From the NCBI GenBank assembly GCA_013265495.1, contig MU058241.1, forward strand, positions 1,615,249 to 1,679,248: a DNA stretch of 64,000 nt. Direction: 5' to 3'. Source of the stretch: Vicugna vicugna. Lineage: Eukaryota. Under the pieces are notes generated by a model that searched no databases, was not told the DNA's origin, and saw nothing but the letters and a program-made list of their open reading frames with translations. Both the position numbers and the translations under genes were made by a program. How positions within the stretch are numbered: position 1 is the first letter of the stretch; each line of letters starts with the position of its first letter. Shown one piece after another: positions 39,805-51,642 of this stretch.

Positions 39805-39966
39805 GTTTTTGTTTTGTTTTCTGAATTTTTATTTATTTACTGTATTTTGAGTGGGAGGTAATTAAGCTTACTTACTTATTTATGTTTAGAGAGGGCACTG
39901 GAGATTGAACCTAGGGCCCTGTGTATGCTAAGCATGTGCTCTACCACCTCAGCTATACCCTCCTCC
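39805..39966 (-). mobile_element. Vic-1-type SINE (left copy of a tandem pair)
   Basis: Minus strand reads ggaggagggtatagctgaggtggtagagcacatgcttagcatacacagggccctaggttcaatctccagtgcc...taattacctccc. Confidence 0.88.
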
Positions 39967-39969
39967 ACT

Positions 39970-40125
39970 GTTTTTGTTTGTCTTGTTGCTTTAATTTATT
40001 TCTTTCTGTGTGTATGGGGGTAATTAGCTATAATTGTTATTTATGAAATGGAGGTACAAGAGATTGAACCCAGGACCTCATGCATGCTAAGCATGCACTC
40101 TACCACTGAGCTATTCCTTGCCCCC
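39970..40125 (-). mobile_element. Vic-1-type SINE (right copy of a tandem pair)
   Basis: Minus strand reads gggggcaaggaatagctcagtggtagagtgcatgcttagcatgcatgaggtcctgggttcaatctc...ctaattaccccc. Confidence 0.88.
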
Positions 40126-42676
40126 TCAAATGGTTTTTAATATTCTTGCAAAGCATGCCTATCCACTCCCACCGTTGGACTGGTATCCACATGTGCAAGA
40201 GAAAGCTAAGCTCGCCTAGTCATTTCAGCACCTTGGACAGGGCCTTGCAAGCCAACAGGCATCTGCCCTTCCTGACGCCATCTTCAAAAATTACTTAACT
40301 GGGCACCCGCTGTGGGCCTGGTCTGTAGCACCCTAAAGTAAATGTCTTCTACGTACACTCAGCCAGAGCCCCTTTGTCAGGGTAAATAAACCTATCACCG
40401 AGCAGTTACTCAATGTCCACTGCATTGCAGGCTCTGACAATGATTTTACTTACTCCACGACTCTTAGAAAGAGTCCACTTTTAAACAGACCATCCCTTGG
40501 ACCCACATCCAAAAAGCCAAACCCTGGTTAGAATTATGCTGTATGTTTGAGGGACTTGGACTGACCCCTAAGGCTCCTGATCTTCAGAGTTTCCTTGTGG
40601 TTCCCGAGGCTTGTGCAACTATCCTGACCTCTTGCTAAATGAGGACCTCCAATTTACTCTCCGCTCCCCAAGACACATTTGACAGGTAGTCACACACGAT
40701 CTTGACCCATGTCTTGACTATACGTCAGGCACAGAAAAGAGGGGTTCATTCTGCACCCCCCAGCTCGTCTTTCATGAATTCATCCATGACTTTTTCCTTC
40801 TGGTGGGTTCTCTGCTTCATTTCTGCGCCCACAGAAGGTGGCACCGTCCAGTGCCCCCCCAAGGGGAGAGACACCGGGAGAAACTGAGGTTGCCCTACCA
40901 CACACAGCCAGTAGGGGGTGCCACATCACAGGTCCTGAGCAACTCAACCAAACTCCTGAGGGATTCTGGGGTCCCAGTAGGATGGCTGGTGCTTCTTCCA
41001 GATTAAAAAAGAGACTCACTGTTTTCATTGGAAAGAATCTCACATTAGTCACTGGGTCCCAACCCTCAGAAGTGACAGAGGTTTGTTTTTTTAATTGGAA
41101 GGTTTGATTTGAAGCCAGAGATTTATTTTCACAATTGCTTCATTGTATTCTCGACTTGCATTCCTCTTTGTAGGAGAGAGAATTTGCTAGTCTCATCCCA
41201 AGCAGGTGCTGGTTTTAGATTCCTTCACGTGGTTCTATGAATAGCACGGGGTTCTTAATAAAAGCTAACACAGGCAAATGCCACCTGACACTCTGGAGCC
41301 GTGAGCGCTGCAAACGGATGTGGCACAGACAAGAAAGCACTGGCTGGGACCGCCTCCAAGCCTCCCATCCCTCCACCTGCTCCCTCTGTCCCCTCCCACC
41401 ACCCATTCACAGGTCTCAGGTAAATGTCACTGCATTTCCGAACGAAGGAAAACAGCTAGAATGGCTCCCACCCAAAATAACTGGTGTGCATTTGAGAACA
41501 CCACGATTTCACCCATCCGCTCTTCCTCCCCTAAAGCTCTGCAGCTTGGGAATTAATTGAGGTTGAAAATCAGACTTGCAATAGTGCCACGACTGCCCAA
41601 AGGCTTCACTTGTAAGTGTGTCCTGCTGCAATGATGAGGGAGGCCATCGGCCATATACAGGGACCTTTCCCTTTTCAAACCGCTCAAGAATTATGTGCAC
41701 CTCAGCCATTCGTTCCTTTCTGCTCTGGGTTCTTATGAGATCGCCTGGAAGAATCTTAAACACCTTAGCAGCGCCTCAATTCTCTTAAGCCAGGGTTTTA
41801 CCGTCATTGCATTTTAATTTCTGTATCCAAAAATTAAAAAAAAATAAAGAGGCACAGAGTGGGCATCTAATAAAGGTGATGAACGAAGGAACCAGCTCTT
41901 CCCCTGTGATTTATTGTTGACTGTGTGCACTATGACACTACACCGATGTGGCCTTTCCGGTTACCTGGAAAGCCATGGAGGGAGGTGGACCAGACTTCAG
42001 GCGACTGCATTTGGATGGGGGCCAACTGCTCATGCATTGTGTGACCTGAGGCAGGTGCACTCAGCCTTCTGCAAGCCTCCCCCTGCCTCCCCCACAGAAC
42101 GGGAGTGATGCCCCGACTGTCGCCAGCACAAAGGGAGGGGATGCCCGGGAAGTCCCGGGCCAGGTGCGGGGGACATGCGCTCAGCAGACGGTAGCTGTGA
42201 CGACTAGAACGGGCCCACCCCTCGAATTGCACGGTGGTGTTCAAGCTCCAGGTCTGCAGCCACCACGACACCCCTGGCGTAGCCCTCACACCACAGCTGT
42301 GTGGCCAGTTCTTCCGGTGTTACTATAAGGCAAGCTAGAACGATCGTGCCACTAAGAACAAGACGCTGCGGCACCAGGATGTTGGGCGGGGGTGGGGCTG
42401 GCCGTGGAGGACAATTCAATAACAAAGGTGGTTTTTAGGAACACGGCTTTACCGGGACAGAGAAACCTGCAGAGGAGAAAGTTATGCTCCGTAGAAAGAC
42501 GCTGCCTCCAGGCATTCTGAAAGGAAATGCTCTCAGGGACAGAGATCTGCCCTCTCTAGCTGACTGCTTCTCTCTCAGCGGCTCCCGGTGCTGGGTGCAT
42601 TCCTTTTTAAGCCAATATCCCCGTGTTATTTTATGACATGATTATTCAAAACGCTAGTCTCCTTCTCTGGGATACT

Positions 42677-42713
42677 GAAAGAAAGAATATTCCTGGAAAG
42701 AAAGAATATTCCT
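42677..42713. repeat. Short tandem duplication (18-bp unit, period 19)
   Basis: gaaagaaagaatattcct at 42677-42694 and 42696-42713. Confidence 0.9.
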
Positions 42714-44608
42714 CAAGCTGCTCAGAGGTACTGGATTTGTAAAACAACAGACACCCTGAGAAATGAACGGGACGGCTTAAGGGAAAGATTTCATTTTTTG
42801 GCGAAAAAGAAACAACACAATTCTCTAGTAGTATGATATCAGGGGCTAACGCAGATCTCAAAGATTAAAAACCCCTCTCCGTTCTATAGCAGACGCACCA
42901 GTAGCAGGAAAGCATTGGAAGTCAGACTTTTTAAGGAGTCAGGGTAGGCATATGAGCTGCTCTAATTAAATAAAACTTCATCAGTCAGTGCAATGCAAGC
43001 AGCCTGAGCTCGCTCCGTAGCCAACAAACGTTGGAGAGCCGCAGACAAAACCTGTTACATTAACATGTAACACTCATTAAAGAGATAAAATATGCTACGG
43101 ATTCACACTGCGGAATAGTCTGCTGGTTCACAGTACCAAGGTGTGGACGACGTGAACTAATTTCCATGCGACGTTTTCAGAAGGAAAGATGACTCAGGCA
43201 GGCTTGTACTGGTGTCTGTCAAAGCTCCGAGCATAATGCGTTCTCCTTACGAATCTCATTAGGGGGGGTGTTCTGTTTTGTTTTTCCTAGTACGTATCCA
43301 TCATTTGTATTCACTTCTGTTATCCACTAACATCACAGAGATCGTTAGGGAAGAAAGATACTGAGAACTTGCCTCGTCTGAATTCTCCACCCAGCCCAGA
43401 GATCGAAGACACCTTTCAAGTTCACAGAGATCGTTAAAGCAAGAGCTAGAACCTTGAATAGCGGTGCAGCCATCTTGTCCGGAAGACCGTGCTCCCACCG
43501 AGATGGAGACGAAACAAAACAACGCTTGCTCTTGTAATCAACACAGTTGGTGGCCCTCACGAAATGCAGTATGCTGCTTAAAACAAACCAACAGGAGAAC
43601 TCTGTGGCCATGCTCAAGTATCTCTAAAACATCTAGATTCCAAAACTGTCCAATCAGTGGACAAGAAGAAAAGGAAGGAGACGAGACACGGAAAAAAGGA
43701 AATAGAGAAAAATCTGAAGCAACATGGCTGACGATGCCATTTGCTCAATTTTGTCCAATTTTGTCCAATTTTTCCCGGCCAGACCGAGCTATGTTACCGT
43801 GAGAGACACAGTACAAGACAGTAACCGAGTGAGAAGTTCAGAGCCCACTGATCTGGCCTCCCTGTGCTGAACCCACGTACTCTGGCTACACCCACATCCT
43901 GGAACAGACCCGAGACGGCTCAGCTGTGCGGAAGAATGCAGGTCTCCACCATCTCATGTAGATGTGCGAGACACAATTTTAAAGGGAAAACCCTAAAAAA
44001 GATGTCCTTCTGGCACCTCTGAAAAAAAATGCCACCATTTCTCAGAAACAGGGTAACCTCTTAGGAAAAGAGAAGGGACGCAGGGAACGAGGTGGTCGTT
44101 GCAGCAAGAAGAACACAAGGTCCAGGAGAAGCAGGCATGGTGTGAGCTAACAGCAGCCTTGGAGGACCCCGTGGCTATGGCACTGAGAGCCTCTGTACCC
44201 CAAATCCACCATGGACCTAGCTTTGCGAAAGGCAAGGGATTGCTCATATTTAATTGCTAAAAGAATAAAGCAATGAGAAGGATTAACGCTTTAATTCCCT
44301 TTCTTCATTAATCTCTTCCATCACCAGCCCCCACCCCCAAGACACAGACTCCCCCTGGTGCCGTATCCGTTGGCAACTGCAAATCATGCACTCGGGGCTG
44401 AGATGCTTTCTACACTGTGTTTACCTTTCATTATTAGTGTTTGTTTGGTTACCCTTTTTGAAAAGACAAAACAAAGAACAAAAAAAAAAAACACATGCTG
44501 TCTCTGAAGGCGTCAGGGACACGGCTGGAAACTCAACGGAAGTCAACTAGAAGCAACAAAAGACTGAACCGCATTTGAAGGGCAGACTGAAGACAGAGGT
44601 CCACATAC

Positions 44609-44745
44609 CCACACTCCAATCCATCTCCTCCGCAGCGTCCCCGTAAGCGCCGTGTTTACTTTTGCCGGCAAAGTCCTCGCTGGAGAAGAGAGCCGTGTGC
44701 ACTTGCAGGTAAGACAGGACCAGCAGGAAAGGTGTCTCAGCATTC
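44609..44745 (-). CDS. STS: STS exon 6 (137 nt); not shown in frame in the ORF track
   Basis: Manual translation [46 protein letters not shown]; polypyrimidine tract plus CGCAG| acceptor, |GTATGT donor. Confidence 0.96.
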
Positions 44746-45263
44746 CTGCGAGGGGAAAAAAAAATCCCAGAGCCAAATAAGCACGTCGGCCACCGTTCTG
44801 ACTAGGGTCCACCTACGATTACACGAGGCCATTTGAGAATTCAGGAACCACCACCAAAGGACACCTAATATCGAATCTCTGATTCAGGGGAAGAGAAGCC
44901 TCTACAGGTAACGCACGATGACCTTCTACAGACCAGCACACTGAAGTGCTACGTCCTTGAATGAAGAAAAGCACCAGAGAACCACCTGCATTTTCTTTTT
45001 TTTTTTTAAATTGAATTCTGCTCTTCCCTCTCTGTATGAGATGTATATGAATGCAAACACCTTCAGAAGAGGACCCTCTCCGGAATATACATACAGAAGT
45101 AGTTGACACTGGACACACTCAAGTGTCTTGACAGCATCTTGCTTCGTCAACCACTCACGTCTACATCTTTCCAACGCCAAGCCAACTCTGCCTTCCGCCA
45201 TCCTGCCCACCTTCTCCTACGGAGCAGGTGTCCCATAATGAATGCTCAACGGCCAACGCTGAG

Positions 45264-45303
45264 TTCTGGAAGTTAAACGGACCTTCTGGAAGTTAAACGG
45301 ACC
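45264..45303. repeat. Perfect 20-bp tandem duplication
   Basis: ttctggaagttaaacggacc twice. Confidence 0.95.
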
Positions 45304-45423
45304 GTTCTCTGAACCAGCCTAAATCATCAGTGCTTTCGTCGAGAGGGACGAATGGTGTTGCAAAAGCATTTCGTAATTCACAGTGCACCTAAACCTACCC
45401 TGCTGGAACTGATTTCCTGAGGG

Positions 45424-45515
45424 TTTTTTTTTTTTTTTTGACACAGAGGTACTGGAGACTGAACCCAGGACCTCGCACATGCTCAGCACACGCTCTACCG
45501 CTGAGCTACACCCCC
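45424..45515 (-). mobile_element. tRNA-Ala-like retroposon (short Vic-1 relative or tRNA retropseudogene) with poly-A
   Basis: Minus strand reads gggggtgtagctcagcggtagagcgtgtgctgagcatgtgcgaggtcctgggttcagtctccagtacctctgtgtc followed by A16; degenerate flanks containing tggaactg. Confidence 0.85.
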
Positions 45516-48500
45516 ACCCACGTTGGAACTGCTGCGGATGGAAAGATGCTGAAGAGTTTTAAGCCATTCCCGATGTGCACCTGGGGCCCTTCTGGACCCC
45601 TGCTAGGCAGCCCAGCTACTGTGTGGGTCTCTGGCCACTTTGAATGGATCACACCCCATGTTCAACATCTTTGCCGGCAAGTACAAGTTCTAAAGAAATA
45701 ATCTATTTAATTAAGTCACCAGGGCTTTTATAAGTTTACTTAATGCCCTAACCCCTCACGACACCCGACAGACTTCTGCACACAGTGTGGCCTCATCATA
45801 CCCAAAACCGTATCAAATTTAGGAATTGGGTAACTGGGCAGCACGTCTGCAATGACTTTACTTCCAACATGCAAATTGATGACACGCTGATGAACGCGTT
45901 TTTAATTTCCTAACGCGAATGCAGCTTCGGTTCCTGCAGCCGCTGCAGCACCCGCAAGCCAGCTGTTCACACCTCTGGGGTAGGTAGCGCTTGCTTAAGG
46001 GCGCCCGCCTTTTGAAACAAAAAAGAAGCACAGCCTGCCACAGTCGGGGTGAGCCAGGCACGGCCCGTGCTCGGAAAACAGACTGAACTCAGCAACTGCT
46101 TGTGAATCAGCCGCGTCGTGTTTTCTAGGTCCAGGGCTTGGAGATGCATTCTGCCTTGTTTTTTCTCTTACAAGAGTATATGGTGAAGGAATGTCATTAT
46201 TATTTCACAACTGAGAAAGTACACGCGCACACGCACGCACACGCACGCGCACACACACACACACACAAAGGCTGTAAGCAGCTTGTCCCACATCTCCCAG
46301 CAACTGAAGTTTGAAGGCAAGAGAATAAGAATGCACAGCCTCTGCTCTGTAACTGTTCCTCCCCAGAAAGAAGAGGTATTTTTGTTTAGAAGCAGCACGC
46401 AAGCTGTCTTCCTAGCTGATAATCTGTATGTGAGAATGTGTCCCAAAGGCGTCCCGTGAGCTGCTTCCAAGGGTTTGTATCCTTGAAGAACCTGGAGGAA
46501 TGAGACGAAGCCATGGCACACTGAGGACTTCCGCACACAAGGAGGTCTGTGACGTGTCCGTCCGGGTTGCTCTGGGGCGCAAGCATAGCCATGCTTGGAC
46601 AAGCTGTACCTCCTTCTCAAAAAGCAGACGAGGGCCCTAAAAACTGGCTTGGAGTTCCCAAAACAAACACAAAATTACCCTCTTTCTACTCATCCCTAAA
46701 TAGAAAAGCTACACTACGCACGGGTACCATCTCAGTACGATCTCGGGCTCATCTGTTCTCCCGCTTATTTTTAGAGTTAAGGAAGACAGATAAGGAAGCT
46801 TTAAAAAGTCAAGTCTTCCCAGGGCATAGCTGGTCATAGCTGGAAATGCAAGATGTGACTGGCAGTATGTGCTGAGAACGAAGAACGACTGTGTGCCTAG
46901 CAACTTGGACAAAAAAGGAAACAGCTGAAGGAAGAGGCGGCCAACAACGTCCCTGGTGTTTTATAGCATCACAGGGGTCACAAGATGCAGGCATGTCAAC
47001 ACATGCGGTGAGAATGAGAGAGTCAAGGATCAAGTCGGCACAACAAGGCAATGAGGGAGGCCGAGGTAAACGTCTTTCACGATGAGTGCAGGAAGAACGG
47101 TCAAGTTGCGTCCAAGTCCAAGACAGAACAAACACTCTGGAGTTCCTTCAAGCACCGTGGAATGTGACTTCTGTCTTGGAATGGAGGGGGACCCTCGGTG
47201 GAAGGGGAGAGGCCCATTCATGCACTGATTATCAATATGAACCCGTGTGGAGAATTATTGCCCTAACATCTCTCTACCATCCAGTAGAATCCACATCACA
47301 GGGACCAGACAAGGTGCTGGGCATCCAAGCAGAGTGATTCGTTTGTATACACGAAAAAAACCCTGGAGCACTTAAGAAAGCGCACCTGGCTTGCAAAAAC
47401 ACCGAAGCACAAAATGCACCACCCCAGAACAGAGGTGTGATCCGTGGAGCGCAGGCCTGCGGGCTGGACAGACAGCCATCACCGCTGGGCTGTGACTGAC
47501 AGCTGGCTCTCGGAGGAAGGAACACTTCCTTAGCCATATCCTTTGAGACAGTGGGAAAAGCCACCACTGTCACGGCCAGGCTCACGGTGACGGCCCAGGA
47601 CTCTCTTCCTTGCTGTGACCTTGAAAACTAAATGACACTCGAGCAAGTTGCTGGGAGGGAGAGTTCTCCGTAACAGCTTAACTCCTTTTTTTTTTTTATT
47701 AGCTGGAGCACTTCAGTAAACAACTCTTGAGAATTTATTGCTACTGTCTCACACGCTGTGTGAGAAGATAGAACTTTCAGCTGCTACACGCCTTCCCACT
47801 CTCTTTGTTAAAAATACAGAAGGCAGCTCTGCATCTCCCCAGCAACCTGCAATCACTTCAGTCTCAGAATCGGAAGATTTACATCCCGTCCACGCGGGAG
47901 TGAAATCCAGACAAGAGGATGGTGGCAGTGTCATTTTTCTTTTCTGTCCGCCACGATGCTCTTGAATATCATCTTCCTCTTTGGAGATTCTGACCTTTAT
48001 TTTCCAACAAGCATCCGCACCTGAGTCGGCGCCGTAGGGAATAATTGGAATGCAAATAGGGATGTCTGTGGATTCCTTCGGAGAGCCCTCGGATGCTGGC
48101 GACCCGAGCGAGGCATCAGCCAAATAGTGGCTCCGGCAGCCATCCAGCTGGAGCCCGTGTGACCGCCACTCTGTATGTGCATAGATGGACATGCCCAGCT
48201 GTTCATTTCCTCCATCCAAGGCTGGCACATCGATCCTCCTGACCCAACACCAGGCACTAAAAATATACAGGTAAGCTGGACCAGACCCTGCCACCTGCGA
48301 CCCACAGACAAAACCATTAGTAACTGGTCTGAGCTACTTTCAGTGCTATGACAGAGCACATCAGAGGACGGACTCAGAGAAGGAGAGGAAATTTCTACCT
48401 GGCAGGGGTCAGAATGTGCTCCCAGAGAGCGAGAGACCTCAAAGGTCACTGCAGTGCAACGGGGTACGTGAACTCTTTCCATAAACACGCCGGCATCTGA

Positions 48501-51500
48501 GCTCTTGTCCCCATAAGATGTTCAGAGATTCAGAGGTGGGACGGTGGCATAGAGATTACCTGGGTATTCACCTGGTGAGCTAAAAGCACAGTGTCTATGG
48601 CGTGGGGCCCCAAATTACTCATTCAATAATTCAGAGTACTTTTTTTTTTTTGAAACAAAAACCCCCATAGGCAAGGACTTTTACCAGCAAGGGAAAGATA
48701 CTGCGAACACACAGAGAGCTGAGGTGGGGTGTGGGGGCAGCGAAGGCTGGTAACAATTTTAACTTTGTCTACCTTTTTTACCCTGCTTCAATGTTTTTCC
48801 AAAGTAGCATGTGCTATGTTCATAACCAGAGAAAAATGAAGATCTATCTTAGATATTAAAAAGTTGACAGAAAAACTAGGACAGCCACCTCGTCCCCACA
48901 AAGACAGAGGTGGAAGAGAGGGACAGCCAGGTCTGAAAGCTGAGGTGTGTAACGGGACCTACGATGCTGCCTTGCGTTTTGTGTCACTTGCATCCCTCCA
49001 GCTACAAACAGCACGCCAGCTTCCCCACGATGACCTCATCCATTAAGGCTCACAACGGGCTCTCTTTGTGCCAGGATCGTTCATGGACAGATTTCTCCGT
49101 GGCTCGGTAATATTCCTACCAAATACATGGCTTTTTTTTCCCACTGTGGAGTAAACTGAGGAAGCCAGCCTACAGACACCATCCATAACCCCCCTCCACC
49201 CCCCCACACCCGCTCTGAACTTTAATCACGGTGCCCGCGTTCATCCACTCGCCCCACCAGGGAACAGGCAGAGGAAAGATTCTTTGGGGGCTTCTGGCTT
49301 TAAATTACCTGCTGTGCAGTCCTCAAGGATCCTAACCCAGAGAGGGGAAGACACTGAACACTGGGGAGGAGAGAGAGTCAAACTTTCCCTATGAAAGAAG
49401 TAAGGATGGAGCATCACTGTACTAGGACATGGGGCACCGAGGAAGAAGACCGAGTCCCACACTGCCTCTGGAGAACCAGCCGTGTCTCTGCTTAGTTCCT
49501 AGCAGAGTTACCATGGTCTGGACGGGCCCTTCTTCTAGGCCCTTCTCACCCGCGTCTTCTCTTCCCCCTCCCCCCTCCTCCTCTTCCTTCTCCAAGTCCA
49601 TCCATGTCCCCTTGGGTCCCTGGCGAAGATGACAGACTCCCAGCACACTGACAAGAGACACTGTCCACTCTGAGCTTCCGACACGGAGACCCTGTGTCTT
49701 TGGAGGAGCCGTCGGTTAAGTGGACGCAAGGATCCTTGCAGACCATCTCTGGGGACAATGCAGGTGGGCGGTGAGTGGGGACCGCCCAGCCTAAGAGTTG
49801 GTCGCGACTTGTTCTGGAAGCACCTAGGGGAAGCATGGCTGCCTGAGGGATGCCAGCCGCTCAGCAGTGTCTTACAAGGAAGGGGGTACAGCCCAGTGGA
49901 CGGGGCGCCTCCTTGGATGGACCCTCCACGGAAAACAAACAAGGAAGCCTGTGAGAAGCCCAGCACAGTCCCTCTGCCCTGTTTGGGACACCTCTGTCAG
50001 TTTGACGCACGGTATAAACACAGGCCCCCTCTTCTACAGGCTCCCTCCCCGCCCGGAGACAGGAAAGAAACATTGAAAGGCCGTGAGCCGACGGCCCTCA
50101 TGCTCACCGGACAGAACATGGGAAATGCGTGTACCTGGGACCCGTTCCAAAGCACGGTGCTTGTACCCACTCACTGAGCATGGGGACGCAGGGCTAAAAA
50201 CCCGAGCTAGTATTTAAAAAATTGAGACCCTTGCCGTTTAGAAAAATTCTCCCCAAACAGCTCCCCTTTGCAAAATATTTCTGATTTCTGACTTGTCTGG
50301 CAGGTTGGGAAGTCAGGAGCACCGGCCCACATGCCTGCGGGATCGCGGGCAGCTGGGGCCCTCAGGACTCAGCAGCCTGAATGAGGTGGGCCAAGTGCAG
50401 CCCCCATGGCCCCCAGACTCGCACCTCACATCAGGTGTTTCCTCGCCAGCTGGGGCCCCTGCGTACCTGTCCTTCAAAATCTATTACAGCAAAGCTCACC
50501 TTTCCTGGTTCCAGTCTGGGTCATAATCCCAGGGCTTGAAAGGGATCTGTGCGTTGGATGAAACAGGGGTGGTCTGAGAGCGCTCTGTGCACGCCCCGTT
50601 CAGGGAGGTGTGCCGTGGACCCGGACCCCGTGTGGCTGAAGACAAACCTCCTCTATGACCACGTTCAGCTTGCGGTTGGCTCAGCCCGAATGAGGGGGCG
50701 CATCCAAAGGACACTCCCAACTCTAAATTAATATCCCGCTGGACCATCAAAGTGACAAGCCAGTCAAGTACCATGTGCCTCTATGGAACAATAACATTCC
50801 TTAATTATTTAACCTTTCCACTCTTGAGAGTGTGTGCACGTGTATGTGTGTGTGTCCCTGTGTGTCCCTTCATCTTCAATTTGATTCACTCTTCTCCCCA
50901 TGAATTAAAAATCAGTGTCGCCCCTATTCCTTTCTGGCTTAATCTCTTCTCTGAACTAACAAAATCATCCCACAATCCCTTTTCTCAAAAGCACCTCTGG
51001 GTCAGCTCACAGCCATCCATCACGGCCACTTACACCATCGCCCAGCTGGACCTGGGAAAGGCCGGGTTGGAGGTGCTCTGTAAACGCATCTCAGGATCCG
51101 GATGGAGCCAAATGATGATGCAACGGAACAAGAGAAAAGGTCAAAGCTCCCGATGATGCATTTCTCAGCTGTCACAGCTTTTAGGGGGTGATGATGACAC
51201 AAGCCGTGCTGGTAAGAAAGGCGTATTTATTCACCACAAAACTGCAGACCCTGAAAAGTGCTACAGGCAGCTCCTCCCTGTGAGGACCCCCTGAGGGCTC
51301 AGCCTTTCCCTGTGCAGGCGATCTCCCCCTGTTACTCACCCTCCCTGTACTTCTGATGTCCCGCTGGCTTCCCCATGGAGAGAGGTCACGGACCGGTTTT
51401 TGTTAAAATCAGAAAAAGCGATCTTACAACTCTGGGGAACCAGAGATGAAAACTAGAACTCTGTGTCACTCCCAGATTTCGGATCTGTTGTCCAGCAGTC

Positions 51501-51601
51501 CCTAAAGGACACTGAACCCTGAGAGATATCCCCAAATGAACTCAAACGGAAGTTATTAGCATGCATTTCACTCCTGACGATAGCCTTTCAAAATACACGT
51601 G

Positions 51602-51602
<1 letters not shown>

Positions 51603-51640
<38 letters not shown>
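51603..51640. repeat. (CA)n microsatellite
   Basis: About 19 perfect units. Confidence 0.96.

Positions 51641-51642
<2 letters not shown>

Noticed and set aside
42319..42650. Possible LTR-like segment
   Set aside because: It has a TG start and an LTR-like feel but no diagnostic blocks, TSD or poly-A signal I can support.
47749..48294. 181-aa ORF as a possible retrocopy or viral fragment
   Set aside because: I recognise no homology, poly-A or TSD; only a BLASTX hit would revive it.
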